A DNA stretch of 64,000 bases, from positions 868,001-932,000 of the forward strand of contig JAWMAR010000531.1 of assembly GCA_036785375.1 (NCBI GenBank), given 5' to 3'. Below, in pieces: positions 36,581 through 50,549 of this stretch; within the stretch, counting starts at the first letter, position 1, and every line of letters begins with the position of its first letter. The notes under the pieces were generated by a model. The model searched no databases, had not been told where the DNA came from, and was given only the letters and a program-made list of their open reading frames with translations. This DNA comes from Leucoraja ocellata. Taxonomy: Eukaryota. A program made the position numbers and the translations under genes.

Positions 36581-38195
36581 CTCCCCCAATGTTACTATAT
36601 TATTTACCATATCAACCTTCGATTCGTCACCTTATCAAATGCCTCCTCGAAATTATATCTGCCTGGCATTGTACTTCTTCAAAGCCTTTGGTTAAATTGG
36701 TGAAACATCGTTCATGAATTCATAAATTGTAGGAGAATTAGGCCATTTGGCCCATCGATTCTACCCCGCCATTCTATCACGCTTGATTTATCTGTTCTTC
36801 TCAACCCCATTCTCCTGACTTCTTTCCATAACCCTTAACACTGTTACTAATCAACAACCACTCAATCTCCACCTTAAAAATATCCACCGACTTGGCTCCC
36901 ACAGCCTCCTGTAGCAACGAATTCCACAGATTCACCACCCTCTGTCTAAAGGAATTCCTCCCCATGTCCTTTCTAAATAGACGTGCTTTTACTCTGAGGC
37001 TTTCACCTCTGGTCCTAGGCTCCCCCGCTCGTCGAAACATCCACTCCGCATCCACTCTATCCGGGCCTTTCACGATTCGGTTAATTTCAATGAAGTCTCC
37101 CCCCTCTCGTCCTTATAAAGTATATAGCGAGCACGGACACAGTGCCGTCAAACGCTCATCACATGTTAACCCAATTATCCCTGGAATCACCCTCGGAAAC
37201 CTCCTCTGGACCCTCTCCAACGCTAGCTCATCCTTCCTCAGATTGGAGCCGAAAACTGCTCACCACACTCCAAATGCGGGCGGACCAGTGCCTTATAAAG
37301 GCTTAGCATTACATTCCTGTTTTTGTATTTTGTTTTTGTGTTCTGGCCCTCTCCAAAGAAATGCTTTCCTTACTACCGACTTGTAAATTAACGTCACCAC
37401 CCTGCACCAGCACTCCCAAGCCCCTCTGCTCTCATTTCTAAATTATCTCTCTTTCTCAACAACATTTTGACTTTTGCGAGATAACCTGGATCATTTTGTC
37501 AGTGCCCTTTATATCGATTTGGTAACAGCTTGCAATATTTCTCCAGGACAGATGTGCAACCAACTGGCCTGCGGTGGACGACTTTCTGTCTCCCCTTCTG
37601 GATGAAAATGAATACCAAGGAACGTCCATGGTAGTTTTGAAATAAAAAAACCTCAAAGCAATGAATTCAGCGCTGCAACGGCATGAATTAAGACTCCAGA
37701 ATGCAATACAATAGATCTTAACGCCCTGTAAGCCCGTGTCTCTATCGACTTCCTAATGATTGCAACTTTTGTGAGTTTGTTTCTTGCTTCCGTGTCTGCA
37801 GCCGTTTCTGGGATGTTAAGTCCATGTTCTGTGGAGCAGACCGATGAAAAATTACCATTTAAATTATCTGTCATCTCCATGTTCCCCTTTAATTATACGG
37901 CTGCGAATTATTTGTAGGAAAAGGACGAATGTATTATTTTATAATTATTTGGAAGCTTAAGGTGATTAGTGCGAAGTCTGTACAGTGCCACCATTCAACA
38001 CAGCTGACACCGTTTACTCAGTAAATAAGAGTTGCTCTCACACAACAGTTCCCGTGTGAGTCTCAGAGCTTCTCTCCCCCTCCCCCCGCCGCCGTTGAGT
38101 TCACCGTTGTCTGCTATTCTCCTCCCACTTAAAACAACATGAATATTTTTTTCTCCCAAAGGGCTGGAGCTGCAGAAATATCATTTTACCCCGAG

Positions 38196-38258
38196 CCAAT
38201 AATTCAGTGAATGGATGTCACGTGGATAAAGATTTGCATGAATAATTAATAATCAGTG
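38196..38258 (+). promoter_or_regulatory. Ig light-chain promoter of G3 (octamer 38232-38239)
   Basis: Same motifs and spacing as G1. Confidence 0.9.
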
Positions 38259-38338
38259 ACTGAAGACTTTAAAAGAGAAACTTGGAAAGGTCTCAAAACC
38301 GCGCTTGTGCAGCAAAATATTCCTGTATCACCTTCAAC

Positions 38339-41300
38339 ATGGCTGTATGTGTTTGGGTTCTCGCCTTAGTGACCTGTTTCCACTGTGAGTAGAGCGCAGA
38401 ATGATTAATGCTGTATCGTTTTACATTCTGCTGTGTTTTTTTTCTAATGGTTCTGTATATTTATCTGTTATTTCTATCAGCTATAAACGCGGAGACTACC
38501 TTGACTCAGAGCCCGGCTATATCACAATCGCCGGGAACAACCGTCAAAATCACCTGTACACTGTCAGGGGGCAGCATCAGTAGCTTGTACACGAGCTGGT
38601 ACTGGCAGAAGCCGAGCAGCAGCCCTGTCTTCGTGTGGTATGAAACCTCAAGAGGCACCGGAATTCCAGACCGATTCACGGGATCCGTGGACTCATCCAC
38701 GAACCAAATGCATTTAACCATCACCAACGTGCAATCGGAGGACGCGGCCGATTATTACTGTGCTGTGTGGGACGACAGTAAAAAAAAATTCACATTCGGG
38801 AGAGGAACCAAACTGAATCTAAGCAGTAAGTAAAGTATTCACGGTGTGAAACAACGAATCGTTGAACTTATGTTTTGCTTTCCATCACAAATCCTCGGTA
38901 GAAAGGTCCTATTAGACCTAAGTAGAACACAACGGGCCAGCCAGCATCTCCGGTAGACCTATAGATGTTTCGTGTCGGAATCTTTGCGAGACTTTCCCGA
39001 ACGGAAATATCATCTTTCTTTGTCCTCCAGAGATGCTGTCTGATCCGCTGGATTACTTCAGCACTTTGTGTTGTACTCAAGATGCCAACATTCGCGGTTC
39101 CTTGTTTCTCCTACGTGAACTTGTTTTTTTAATAATCCTTTACCTCCATCCCTACAACACTGAGAAATCTGCGCTCATCTATCCGTGGCTCCTTGATCAT
39201 CGTGGAATTTAACGCCTTCACAGACTGGCAGCTGTGCTTCAAAGTGGTTAAATTCTGGAATGATCTGAAAGTCTATTTCCCACGTTCTTCCCTGATGTTC
39301 TCGAAACCTGCTCATTTAACAGGAATACTGATTCTCTGATTTGAAGTATCCTCAAGTGGCGGGTTCCATATGAGACTGCTGCTATTGGTCACTTTGCTTC
39401 AATATAAGCGGAATGCAAACCAAAACTGTTGCCGTTACTTGAACAAATGTTTGGGAAATTATGAGATAACTTACAGTATATTGTGGACACGGATAATACC
39501 AACTCTGAGAGAGGGCCAAATAGAATCATTGGAAACATCCAAAGGAAAGTTAATAAACATTTGGCAAGGGATGTCGGTGAATTTAAATGGGATATTTTTG
39601 AAATTGCAAATATCCATTAGGGCAAATTGCGCGAAGTTGATTTCTGATCGTTTTAATGATACCATGAGGGTGAAGTGGCGTTTAGACAAGTTTACACGCG
39701 CTCCCTACAACAGCGCTAAAACTAATTGTCAGGGAAAAGGTTAAAACCAAAATTTAAACGCTTCGCACGGCAGCATTTCAATTCCCTTTGCGCGAAAGCG
39801 TGGAGGATTGTTGCAAGTCTGATTCAGCTCCGAAATTAGAAACAAGAGCAGAACCGGATTCTGGTTCATTCCTCGTTCAGCGAGCCATTGCCACCTTAGC
39901 TGATCACATTTGTGTGGATATGCCGTCAGACTCTTTGTACCCTTGACTCTTGTACATCCTGCAAGGGATTTTGATGCTGGTTCTCCGATTGCCATCGAGT
40001 GTATGATATAGCAGGAAACGGAGACTGTTCATTATGCTGTTAAACATGATCCCTCTGAGTGTTGATTTTTTTATGGGCAGGCAGTTGGTTGACCGACATG
40101 TCAAAAAAGCTTCAAAGAGCGAGACATCATTTTGCCATTTTCGGATAAATTAATGCAGAAATGGGCACACGTGTATACGAGGTTATTGCTGAATTGCCTT
40201 GAATCGTACGATTGGAAGGAAATAGTACAGCGTCTTTAAATTCAGCATTAGCTTGAAATGTTTTTTAAAGTCCGAATATGTTGGATGTTAAACCCAGAGC
40301 TGTCTGGACATGTGTCAGAAGGAATTTGAATCTGACCAAAACATTTCTTTAGTTTTACCTTTCATTTTTCTGCCCGCCACCATCATGGACTTTCTGGACG
40401 ATGTGGAAGATTCACTAATAAGTAACATTCTAAAGACTGTTCCGGGATAGAATTGGGATTACTATTTAATCAAGCATTAATTTGGAAATGCTGCTCATTC
40501 TGCCAGGATGAGTTGTAATTCCATTTTTCTGCCCGTTTCCATGATCTGTAGAAAATAGTATGTTATATGTTTTACCAAACCTCGGCTATACCCCCATAAA
40601 AATTACTTATCATGATCCTGCTGTATAAAATGAGGTTTATAAATGAACGGTAATTGTAAAGCCAGTGCAGTACACGGCCATAGAGCCACGGAGTTATGCA
40701 GCGGTGGAACAGTCCTTCAGTCCAGCTATTTCATGCCGACCGGGTTGCCCTACTTGAGCTGGTCCCATTTGCGCGTGTCAGGCCCATATCTCTTTGAACC
40801 TTTCTTATCCAAGTATTAATTCAAATGTTTATTTAAATGGTGTTATTGTACCTGCCTCATCAACTTCTCTGGGGAACTCATTCCATGGAGTCAACGCATT
40901 ATGTGAACAAATGTTGCCCTGAACCTAAACACACTAATTCTTCATTCCCCTACTACGGGGAAAAGATTCCATGCGCTAACCCTATGTATTCCCCTCGCGA
41001 TTTTGTACACCGATATGCGATCACCCTAAGGTCTTCTACACTCCAAGGACTAACGTCCTCGCATATCCAATCTATGCCTATAGTTCAGGCGTTCGAAACC
41101 TGGCACCGTCGGCATATATCTTGCCTGGAGTCATTCCAGCTGAATCGATTCTGACTTTTAAATCAACTGATAAATAATTCACTTGTATTTATTTCAATTC
41201 TTTATTTCCAGGTCCGCGCTCCCCCCACCGTTTCCATTCTGGCGCCATCAATGGGTGAAGTCACCGCAAAAAATACCGCCACCCTGGTGTGTTTGGTGAG

Positions 41301-41535
41301 CGGGTTCAACCCGGGCGCTGTGGACATTAAGTGGACCGTGGACGGCAGTGCGAGAAGTGACGGCGCTGCGACCAGCCGGGTCCAGCAGGAGAAGGACAAC
41401 TCGTTCAGTGCGAGCAGTTACCTGACTCTGCCAGCCGCCTACTGGAACTCACACGATCTTTACTCCTGTGTGGTTAAACACGAAACCCAGGCAACCCCGA
41501 TTAAGGCAGACATCGCCAGATCCAGTTGCCTCTAA
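38339..41535 (+). pseudogene. IGL: Immunoglobulin light chain G3, germline-joined VJ with a frameshifted C exon. Exons: 38339-38384, 38481-38825, 41212-41535
   Basis: Leader and VJ are intact (CDR3 AVWDDSKKKFT). The C exon is 324 nt rather than 323 because of a C6 run at 41221-41226 (C5 in the other three copies). The spliced frame reads SPRSPHRFHSGAING* with TGA at 41256-41258. A homopolymer sequencing error cannot be excluded. Confidence 0.7.
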
Positions 41536-41714
41536 TTCAAAGGATCAAATTCCCGATTTGCTCCATTTCTTTGTAAATTAATCCAATATTCAGATATGGA
41601 ATGTTCGCTTTAACAGGGTATTTGTTCAAACGCAGCACGTGTGCATTTTGTTGCCGCGAATGCGCTGTTGGTATTTTACGATGAACTGAAAAACGATAAT
41701 GTAACATTTAATGC

Positions 41715-41720
41715 AATAAA
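41715..41720 (+). terminator. Poly(A) signal of G3
   Basis: AATAAA at the homologous position. Confidence 0.75.
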
Positions 41721-43758
41721 ACAGATTAATCTACTTACAATGCATCATTGTCATTTTCTGTGCAAATGTCCATTTTCTGTGCAAATGTCCTTGCCTTCAA
41801 TAGAATAAAAACAATAATGTCCGATGATGCCAGTGTGTAGAAACTTGCATTTTGTGAAACTTTGTTATATTTCAAATAAACTGCGTGTTCATGATTGATC
41901 GTAGATCCATGTGTTAGGACGGTTGAAGGGACCGCTTGCACATACCCCCCCCCCCCCCCCCCCCCCCAGATTAAAGAAATTAGGTGCAAACCAGTGTCTC
42001 CTATTTTGGATATCCCAAAAATACGGAAGCGCAGTCTTGGCATTACGCTAATATGCTTGAAGTACCCAAATGTGTCCAATCGTTCCGCACTAAATATCAC
42101 AATATATCAGTGTTTATACCAGGAAAAACGCGATGACAAGTGTGGGTTGACGGATTAGTTAACCGCGGCATTACCGTGGTCTTTAATCAGCTCAACATTA
42201 ATCACCAGATGTGGTCATATATTTAAACAGTATAACGAGAGGAATACATTTCAGGCTCGTAGGGGTGTGCGCTGGGGGAGGGGGGGGGGGGGGGGGGGGG
42301 GGTTGAAGGGGGGATTCGCAACAACAATTAACCGGAGTAAAAGTAGTTACTTCGCGATTCCCAGAAATGGGATAAACAGCTTTCGGGACATGGCAACTGC
42401 TTGGATGTTCTTCTCTGGGAATAAAAAAACATGTTTAACAGGGGGAATAAATTGTGAAAATCTGGGGGAAATCTGCTTCCGATGTGGGTGTCCTATCTGG
42501 AGAGATTCTCCACTACGATGTCAATTTCCAGTAGTACAATAACAGGTTGGGGACGTGTGCTGTCTATTTTTATCCCATCCCTTCCTCCACGGTTATCATT
42601 CACTCCCTCTCCCCCTTATTTTGTGGCTGATTTCATTTCTTGTTCCTTTTCACCCACAGCCTTTGCCAATTAACCCCCCGCCCCAATCTGCTAATCAACC
42701 CCCTCTCACATGTATCCACCGATCTATCACTTGGCCAGCTGTATCGCACCTCATATCTATTTTACACATTTACCTCCTCTGTTCCAGGGGCACGACCTGA
42801 AATTATGCCTCGCAATTCTAATCAGCTGTTGCCTGACCCGGCGAGTCATGTGGAGTCCAATGGCGAAGTCTTGTTTTGCTGGATTTGTCCGGTATTATGA
42901 CCACCTCTCTGATCGAATTTACCTCTTCAATCCACTTCTTGTCAGACTTTTCCATGATCTACATTGATATTCTACACCCAGTTGCAAGTCGAACATATCC
43001 ATGCTTTGTCCCCATTTTCCTACCCCCGCGAGGCTTCCTTTACTTTTGGTGGGCGACGGGTATTTTGGAAATACTGGTCAGCGTTTAGTGTTTCATCAAC
43101 GCAGTATTCCTCAACCTCCATACGAGCTTGGATATTTGGCCCAGTAAGCTCCACGGCGCCACGTGGTTTATTTACAAGAGGTAGTTCAAACAGGTACTAT
43201 AACAACATTTAATAAACATTTGGACAGGTACATTGATAGGAAAGGTTTAGAGGGATACGGGCCACCGCGGGCAGGTGGGACTTGTTGGGCCGAAGGGCAT
43301 TTCCCTACTGAATAACTCCTAGTGATACTTTTTTTAAAATGAAAATAGGTGCAGGAGTAGGCCATTCGGCCCTTCGAGCCTGCACCGCCTTTCAATATGA
43401 TCACGGCTGACACATGCTTACAGCAGATCTGCAGAAATTATCGGGACCTGTACAAAAAGAATCCCAGTTGGCAGAGGAATGCGGGGGCTGGTGGGCAGGA
43501 GAACTCATCTCTGTACCGTAAAATAAAGTTGTCTGGCTGCTCACAATAACACAAGATGTAGCTTCGAGTAAATGTTCATCCAGCATGAAGTGGCGCTGCA
43601 TTCGACGATGTTCTGTGGTCCCTGCAGTTATCTTGCTCTTAGATGCTGAATCAATCCAAAAATATTGACATAATCTGCAGCACCTTTGGTATATTTACAG
43701 TTCTTGTCATTTTTGGGGAGACAAATGTAAACTGCTTGATGTGAAAATGCAGGTATTG

Positions 43759-46482
43759 TCCAAGATGCAATTCGGTGCATTAAAACAATATATCAGGAGC
43801 CTACAGCTAGGATTAAGGTAAATGGAAACATATCAAAACGGATCCAGTTAGAGAGGGGCACAAGGCAAGGATGCTGTCTTTCTCTTACTCGCTTCGTTTT
43901 GTATATTGAACCCTTAGCACAAGCAATAAGGCAGAGAGAAGACCTGCAGGGGGTCAAAATGGGGGGAAAGAACATATAATTGGTCTTTTCGCTGATGATA
44001 TCATTATTTTTCTTGAACGACCAGATATATGTCTCCCAAATGTAATGAACCTATTTGAAACAAATGGATACTACTCAGGGTATAAACTGAATATAACAAA
44101 AACACAAATTATTTCATTCAATTATACTCCATCCCAACAAATCAGAGATGCATATAATCTGGAATGGAATTCTAAAACGATGCAGTATCTTGGTGTAACT
44201 ATAACCAAAACACTTTCCAACTCGTTTGAAACTAATTATAACAAAATTGAAGAAAACATCAAAAAGGATGTTGAAAGGTGGTCGACCCTTTCCCTAGACT
44301 TCAGTGCCAGAATACAAACGGTAAAAATGAATATCCTACCTAAACTACTATATTTATTCCAATCTCTCCCAATTAATGTCCCCCGAGATAAATCCATAGC
44401 CTGGGATAAAATGGTCTCTAGATTCATTTGGAATAGCAAAAAAACAAGAATAAAACTAACAACACTTCAACTGCCGAAAAGCAAGGGTGGAATGGCTTTA
44501 CCAAATCTGAGGAAATACTTTTATGTAGCTCAACTCAGACCTCTGTTGGTGTAGACCTGATTATGAATCTCGATGGAAAGAAATTGAAAGGTAGATACAG
44601 GGTTACCAGATCCAGATTTTGGTGGGAGACTAATATCTGAGAGGGGCTTTGAGACACGCTATGGACCACATAGTAGCATTTACGTTAGAAATATGTAATG
44701 TTATAGTGGAAAAATACAAATTAAAAAGAGGGGTTCACGCATTGAAGTGGTTCGCATATGACTCAAAGTTTAACCAGGGGTGTATGATTCAAAATTCAAA
44801 GAATGGGCACAAAAAGGCATAATGGCAATGTATACAGTTTCAGAAAATGGCGAGTTTATGAGCTTCCAAGATTTAAAGTCAAAGTCTGGTCTCGAAAACA
44901 AAGATTTTTTTAGATACTTGCAATTAAGAGACTACTTTACAAAAGAGATAAGGCCAGAACTAGATGAAACTTCAAATAATGTGATCAAGGTGATTGTGGA
45001 TGCATACAAACAGAAGGGGTCTCGGGTCAACTCTGCTTTCTACCAAGCTCTGATGGGAAGCGGGGGAGAATCAACGCTCTACATAAAAACAAAATAGGAA
45101 GCAGNNNNNNNNNNNNNNNNNNNNNNNNNNNNNNNNNNNNNNNNNNNNNNNNNNNNNNNNNNNNNNNNNNNNNNNNNNNNNNNNNNNNNNNNNNNNNNNN
45201 NNNNNNNNNNNNNNNNNNNNNNNNNNNNNNNNNNNNNNNNNNNNNNNNNNACATTTATAGTCAATTTTCATTGACCCCAAAGTGCTTTACATAATTTAAA
45301 AATCAGTTCCATACAAAGCATAAAGATGGGTTAACAAAATAATAAAATGCATAAACAGGACACAACATGTAACATAAACATCCACCACAGCATTCATCAC
45401 TGTGGTGGAAGACACAAACAATTTTGGCCGTCCTCCTCCATTCCCCCCCCCCCCCCGTGGACAAGACCAGAGTCCAGAGTCCAGTCCAGGATCGGTCTTT
45501 CCTCACCGGAGACCGCGGCTTCAAGATTGTGTAGGCCGCAGGCCGGCGGTTGAGATTTAAAGTCCCCGCCGCAGCCAGAAGCACCGTAGACTGCAGGGCC
45601 GGCGGTCGAAGCTCCCCTCCAGGGGCGATGGTAAGTCCATGCCGGGCCCGCAGTAGAAGTTATCCACGGGCCGGCAATGGCGGCTTCTTCTTCCCCCATA
45701 AGAAGAATGGTATCAAATGTGTGAAACACAATGTCCTTCCACAAGCACACTAGTATGGAAAAAGTTTTGCTGGAAGAATCTATCTCGCTTTTTTTTATAA
45801 GCAGCAAACTCACTGTCCAACAACACTGTTGGAGGCTGTGTGGGAGTACGGAGGCAGACCACTCGCATATTTTCTGGAATTGTGTAAAGATAAGGCCATA
45901 CTGGGAAAATGTTAATGCAGCTGTAAAAAATATCTTGGGTTATAAAATCCCAAATACCTGCCATGTGATGTATCTGGGGCGTATTAAAGATATTGTAAAA
46001 ATAAAAGATACATATTTGATTAAAGTTTTGCTTGCAGCAAGTAAGAAGGCCATTACCAGGCAGTGGCTTAATGAAAAAGTCTAAAACAGGAACAGTGGTT
46101 AGAAATTGTGCGAGACATCTTTAATATGGAGAAATTGACATATTCCTTGAGAGTCAAGGAAAATTCATTTGAGAAGATCTGGGAATAATGGACCATTTAT
46201 TTGAGTCATGACACCAATTAGATAAATGCCGAGCTAGATATGGGAAGATTGCGTTATATAGAACTAGATGGTATGTTTGTATGATTATTGAATTATCACC
46301 AGATAACTAATCAATGTAATGTTTTTTCTTTTTTTAAGTTGGTAAAGTGAACCACGGTCTTATTCCAATTTTTTTTTTTAATTTACTTCTTTTATTTCCC
46401 CTATCTACTTATTTTTTTATTTTGATTGTTGTTTTTCTTACTTTGTTTTATTTATGGTGATGGTGTTGCACGGTTTTGTATA
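43759..46482 (+). mobile_element. Decayed L1/Tx1-clade LINE, U4 copy (most complete)
   Basis: RT motifs plus the 169-aa ORF at 44045-44554. Confidence 0.85.
45105..45250. other. Assembly gap (146 N) at the position of the (TAA)n microsatellite in U4
   Basis: Flanks match the sequence either side of the (TAA)n tract in the other units. Confidence 0.95.
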
Positions 46483-47068
46483 TCTATTATCTATTATATA
46501 TATAAAACTCAAATCCGTCCGTCCGCCTGCAGTACGGATCCCTTCCTGCCTTTCGATTCGTGCCCGATAGTCGCAGATGTCGAATCGGAATGGCCGATGC
46601 TCGCAGATGTCCAATCGGAATGGATTCATTTGCATGTACGGCTGCCGGCTGCATTTCTTCCTTTGATTCATTGCCACGCCCAATCCAGACGCTCAATCTC
46701 CGAGATATTTTCCATTTCGGTAGAGATTTCGCTTTTCTTTCTAAGTAACCGCTCCTCATTTCATTTCGTCGTGCTGAAGTACATGTTTTTAATCAAATCC
46801 TTCTCCCCCCCCCCCCCCCCACACACCCCCAAGTATTTCACAAATAAACATGCTTCTCCATTTACATGTCAGCTTCCAACACACTTCGAAACAAAATTGC
46901 AAGAGAGGAACACTGAACTTATCACTGCTGCAGCAGGCAGGGGAGGGCTGCAATCTTACATTTGGGAACGGGCTCAGTTCCAATGGAGGAGGCGGGTGCA
47001 TGGCGGAATATTGGGTTGGGGGATCACACCATTGGGGGAGCAGCCCAACGGGTCTGCACTTGGTCTAG
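46483..47068 (+). mobile_element. Non-autonomous Helitron (586 bp), private to U4
   Basis: 5' TC(TATTATCTATTATATATATAAAA), 3' CTAG, subterminal hairpin GCAGCCC-AAC-GGGTCTGC (47040-47057). Inserted between A and T with no TSD; the empty site ttttgtata^tatctcttaa is present in the other four units. Confidence 0.9.
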
Positions 47069-50000
47069 TATCTCTTAAAAAACAAAGAAAATAAGTTGAC
47101 CATTTGACCGCGTGGGCAGAAGATACTGAAGCAGTCTCCGATTATAACGGTAGATGGCGCTGCCGTACCTTACATCTGTGACGAAGCTCAACGCGGCCAA
47201 TTCTGAAATGGGTCAAACGCAATATTGTGTCTGAGGTCACGTACAGGCCAGACCAGCAATAATTGGATTATTTTCCCCTTGAAGGATATATTTGGGATCC
47301 AGTTGTTTTGTAATAATCAATCATACAAACTGATGTTTCTTCTGAAATATTCCAGACACTTAACATAATTTAGATTCCGCACCTTCCCTGTTGAAATATG
47401 TCTGGATATGTGGTCAAGGCCTTTGCGTGATGTGATTTCGGTTTGAAACCATTGTTTATCTTCACTTCCTTCACCTTTACAGGGAGCGAATAGGAGGAAT
47501 CTTTCACTGCATAAAAATATTCTTCTTTCACAGTTTTCCGATTCAGCCACGGTTTAACCAAAGCTTGAGAGGTAACCTCTCCGCTTACTCGATACTTCGT
47601 TCTTTGAAACCCCACATATATCACAGGTTTTTGCTCACTACTCTGTCATATGCTGAGACAATAGAGCAGCTGGGCTTGTACACTCTGAAGGATGAGAGGA
47701 TATCTCATTGAAACATATAAGATTGTTAAGGGTTTGGACACGCGAGAGGCAAAAAAACATGTTCCCGATGTTGGAGGAGTCCAGAACCAGGGACCACAGT
47801 TTAAGAATAAGGAGTAAGCCATTTAGAACGGAGACGAGGAAATACTTTTTCTCACAGAGAGTGGTGAGTGTGGAATTCTCTGCCTCAGAGGGCGATGGAG
47901 GCAGGTTCTCTGGATGCTTTCAAGTGAGAGCTAGATAGGGCGCTTAAAAATAGCGGAATCAGGGGATATGAGGAGAAGGCGGGAATGGGGTACTGATTGG
48001 GGATGATCAGCCATTGAATGGCGGTGCTGGCGCGAAGGGCCGAATGGCCTCCTCCTGCATCTATTGTCTGTAGTCTATTGTCTACTCTCGCGATATATCT
48101 TTCTACCTTGGCAGATGTGTGCTCATGAACACAAAGTCCCTCGGTTCCTGCGAACTTTGAACCCACATTGCCTCCCCCCCCCCCTCCACACACGAGGCAA
48201 ACTATACAAGCTCATACTTCTCTGTGATAGATTTTATCCATCATTTACCTACTCATTCTCCTGTCATATTGAAGTTTGAAGTGCTCGCTGAGTACTCTCT
48301 CTCTCTCCTGCGTGTAAGCCGCTATTCCATCATGATTGTTGATGTGAATATATTGCTATTGGTACAGAACACAACTAGTTATGGGGATAGAGGAGAATTA
48401 AATCATTGGCCAAAATGCTCGTGCATACTGAATGTGAATAATGAGAATGTTACCTCCGGGAGAGACTTTAATATTTATTTTGAACAAACATCAAGACAGT
48501 TGCAAACAGGATTTTGTACATTTGAGTGGGTTTTGGTTCCAGGATTTTAGCCCCAGGTTTTCCTATCCAATTTGCCAAGGTGTTGAGTGTCAATGAAAGT
48601 CATAAAGATTTAAACAACGACGCATGACATAAATAACTGAACATTGTTAAAATAAAAGAAACAAACAGAAAATCTTCTTAAAAGAAACAAACAGAAAATC
48701 CAATTACAACTCATTTTAAACCGAGAACTCTTGTTTGCAGAAACATCGCATACACGTGGACTGTGACAGAAAATACACAGGAATAAATGATACATAAATT
48801 ATACATGTACATCAGAAAGAAAGAAACAAGATTGCGATCAAAAACATAATAATAAAAAACACGTCGATAGTGTACAAGTTTTGGGGCATAGTGTCCCGTT
48901 ATGGAGGCAGGATTAGGGGTATGTTGGTCCTTCCAAAATCGGGATAGTTGTAGGTAAGTAGCTGTTCTTAAACCGGGTGGTGTACATTCTGTAGTAGATC
49001 TGTAAACGTTTGTTGGAGTATTTGGAGACAAAGTATTTTTTTAAATTCTTTGAAAGTAGAGGCATTGGCGCTCATTCGGTGATGCATTTGTTTGCTGGGC
49101 CCGGTGTTAATGCCTAGAATTAGTTATAATCAGTTATAACCCTCTCCACAACTACTCCACTAAAACAAACTGGCCTGGGGTCTCCGGACTTCCTCTTTCT
49201 GAAGTCAGCGACCAGTTCCGTCTTGTTGCTTTGGAGCGAAGGGTTGTTGTTCTGACACCACTCAACCAAGTGTTCCGTCTCCCTTCTCTATGTTGACGCA
49301 GCACCATCAGTGATTCATCCAAATAGAATGGTGTTGGGGATGGATCAATAGATGACTTTGGAGCTGTGCTTCATTCCACGTGTGTACAGGAAGTAGAACA
49401 GGGTGTAAAGCCGCAGCCTTGAGATGAACTGTGTTGCTGGTCAATGGGGAGGAGATGATGTTCCCCATCCGCACTCGGTCACTTGAAGCTAATTCACCAA
49501 ACAGTAAAATGGTGACTAAACTGATTGTAACCTCTGATCTGCAGTCCCAGCCACCCCTGGTAACATATCACTACCCCACCTTGTTTATTATGAATATTTC
49601 TACCTTTGGAAAAAAAATAAAGACTGCTTCTACCACATTTTCAGAAACGTAATTGATGAGGCTTTCTCCATTCTGAGAGATGTGTTTTGTTTCTTCAATT
49701 TTTGAAGTAGGCATTGATTTTTGTGTTACAGGTGACGTTTAGTTTTAGATTACCCCAGACGAATTGTCCTCCCCCTTCACATGCTGTTAAGACCCCGCAT
49801 AATCACCTGTGCTTCAATTAAAGCACCTCTCATGCTTCTAACCGTCGACCACTCGCTCGTTGCAGATATGGGTCTATTAGTAATCATTTTCTGAATTGCT
49901 TCAAAGGCATTTACATTTCAATACTCTGCTCGATTCTGCGATGAAGTATAACTGAAGCACTATCAACCTCTCTCTTTTGCATTAGTTTTTTTTCTGACGT

Positions 50001-50549
50001 TAGATGCTAACACTGTTACCTTTCATAGGTAGTTGTTGTACCTCATTCTAGCTTGTTGCGTATCCTCACCAGGGAACCGAAATAATTCTGCATCTCAAAA
50101 CACTGCAAAAAGTCATAGTGTAAATAAGAAGGGTCTCGACCCGAAACGTCACCCATTCCTTCTCTCCAGAGACGCTGCCCGTCCCGCTGAGTTAGTCCAG
50201 CATTTTGTGTCTATATTGTAAAGAACATTATTTTGTATCAGTTACCCTCCCAAAATTGACATTCCACATGTTCCCACATCCCGCATTTGCCAGGCCTTTG
50301 CCCATTCACGGGAACTATCCACATGCACGGCGGCCTTGGTTGGTGCTTCATGTCATTAGCAAATTCAACAGCCAACATTTTGTAGCTTTTTTGACTGTGT
50401 GTAAACATTTTTGGGAATTGTGGCTCCAGCAGTGATCTATGAGGCACATCAGTTTTTGCATCTTTCCAACCAGAAATTAGCCTGTTTATGCGTTTTCTAT
50501 GTTTCCAACTAATCTGTTCTTCCGATTTCCATAAACACCAGCACTCTCA

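Noticed and set aside
46561-46620. 30-bp direct repeats as CRISPR-like
   Set aside because: Only two adjacent copies with no spacers, in a eukaryotic context inside a Helitron.
46426-47094. 222-aa ORF in U4
   Set aside because: It spans the Helitron and its flanks, has a non-ATG start and shows no Rep/helicase motifs.
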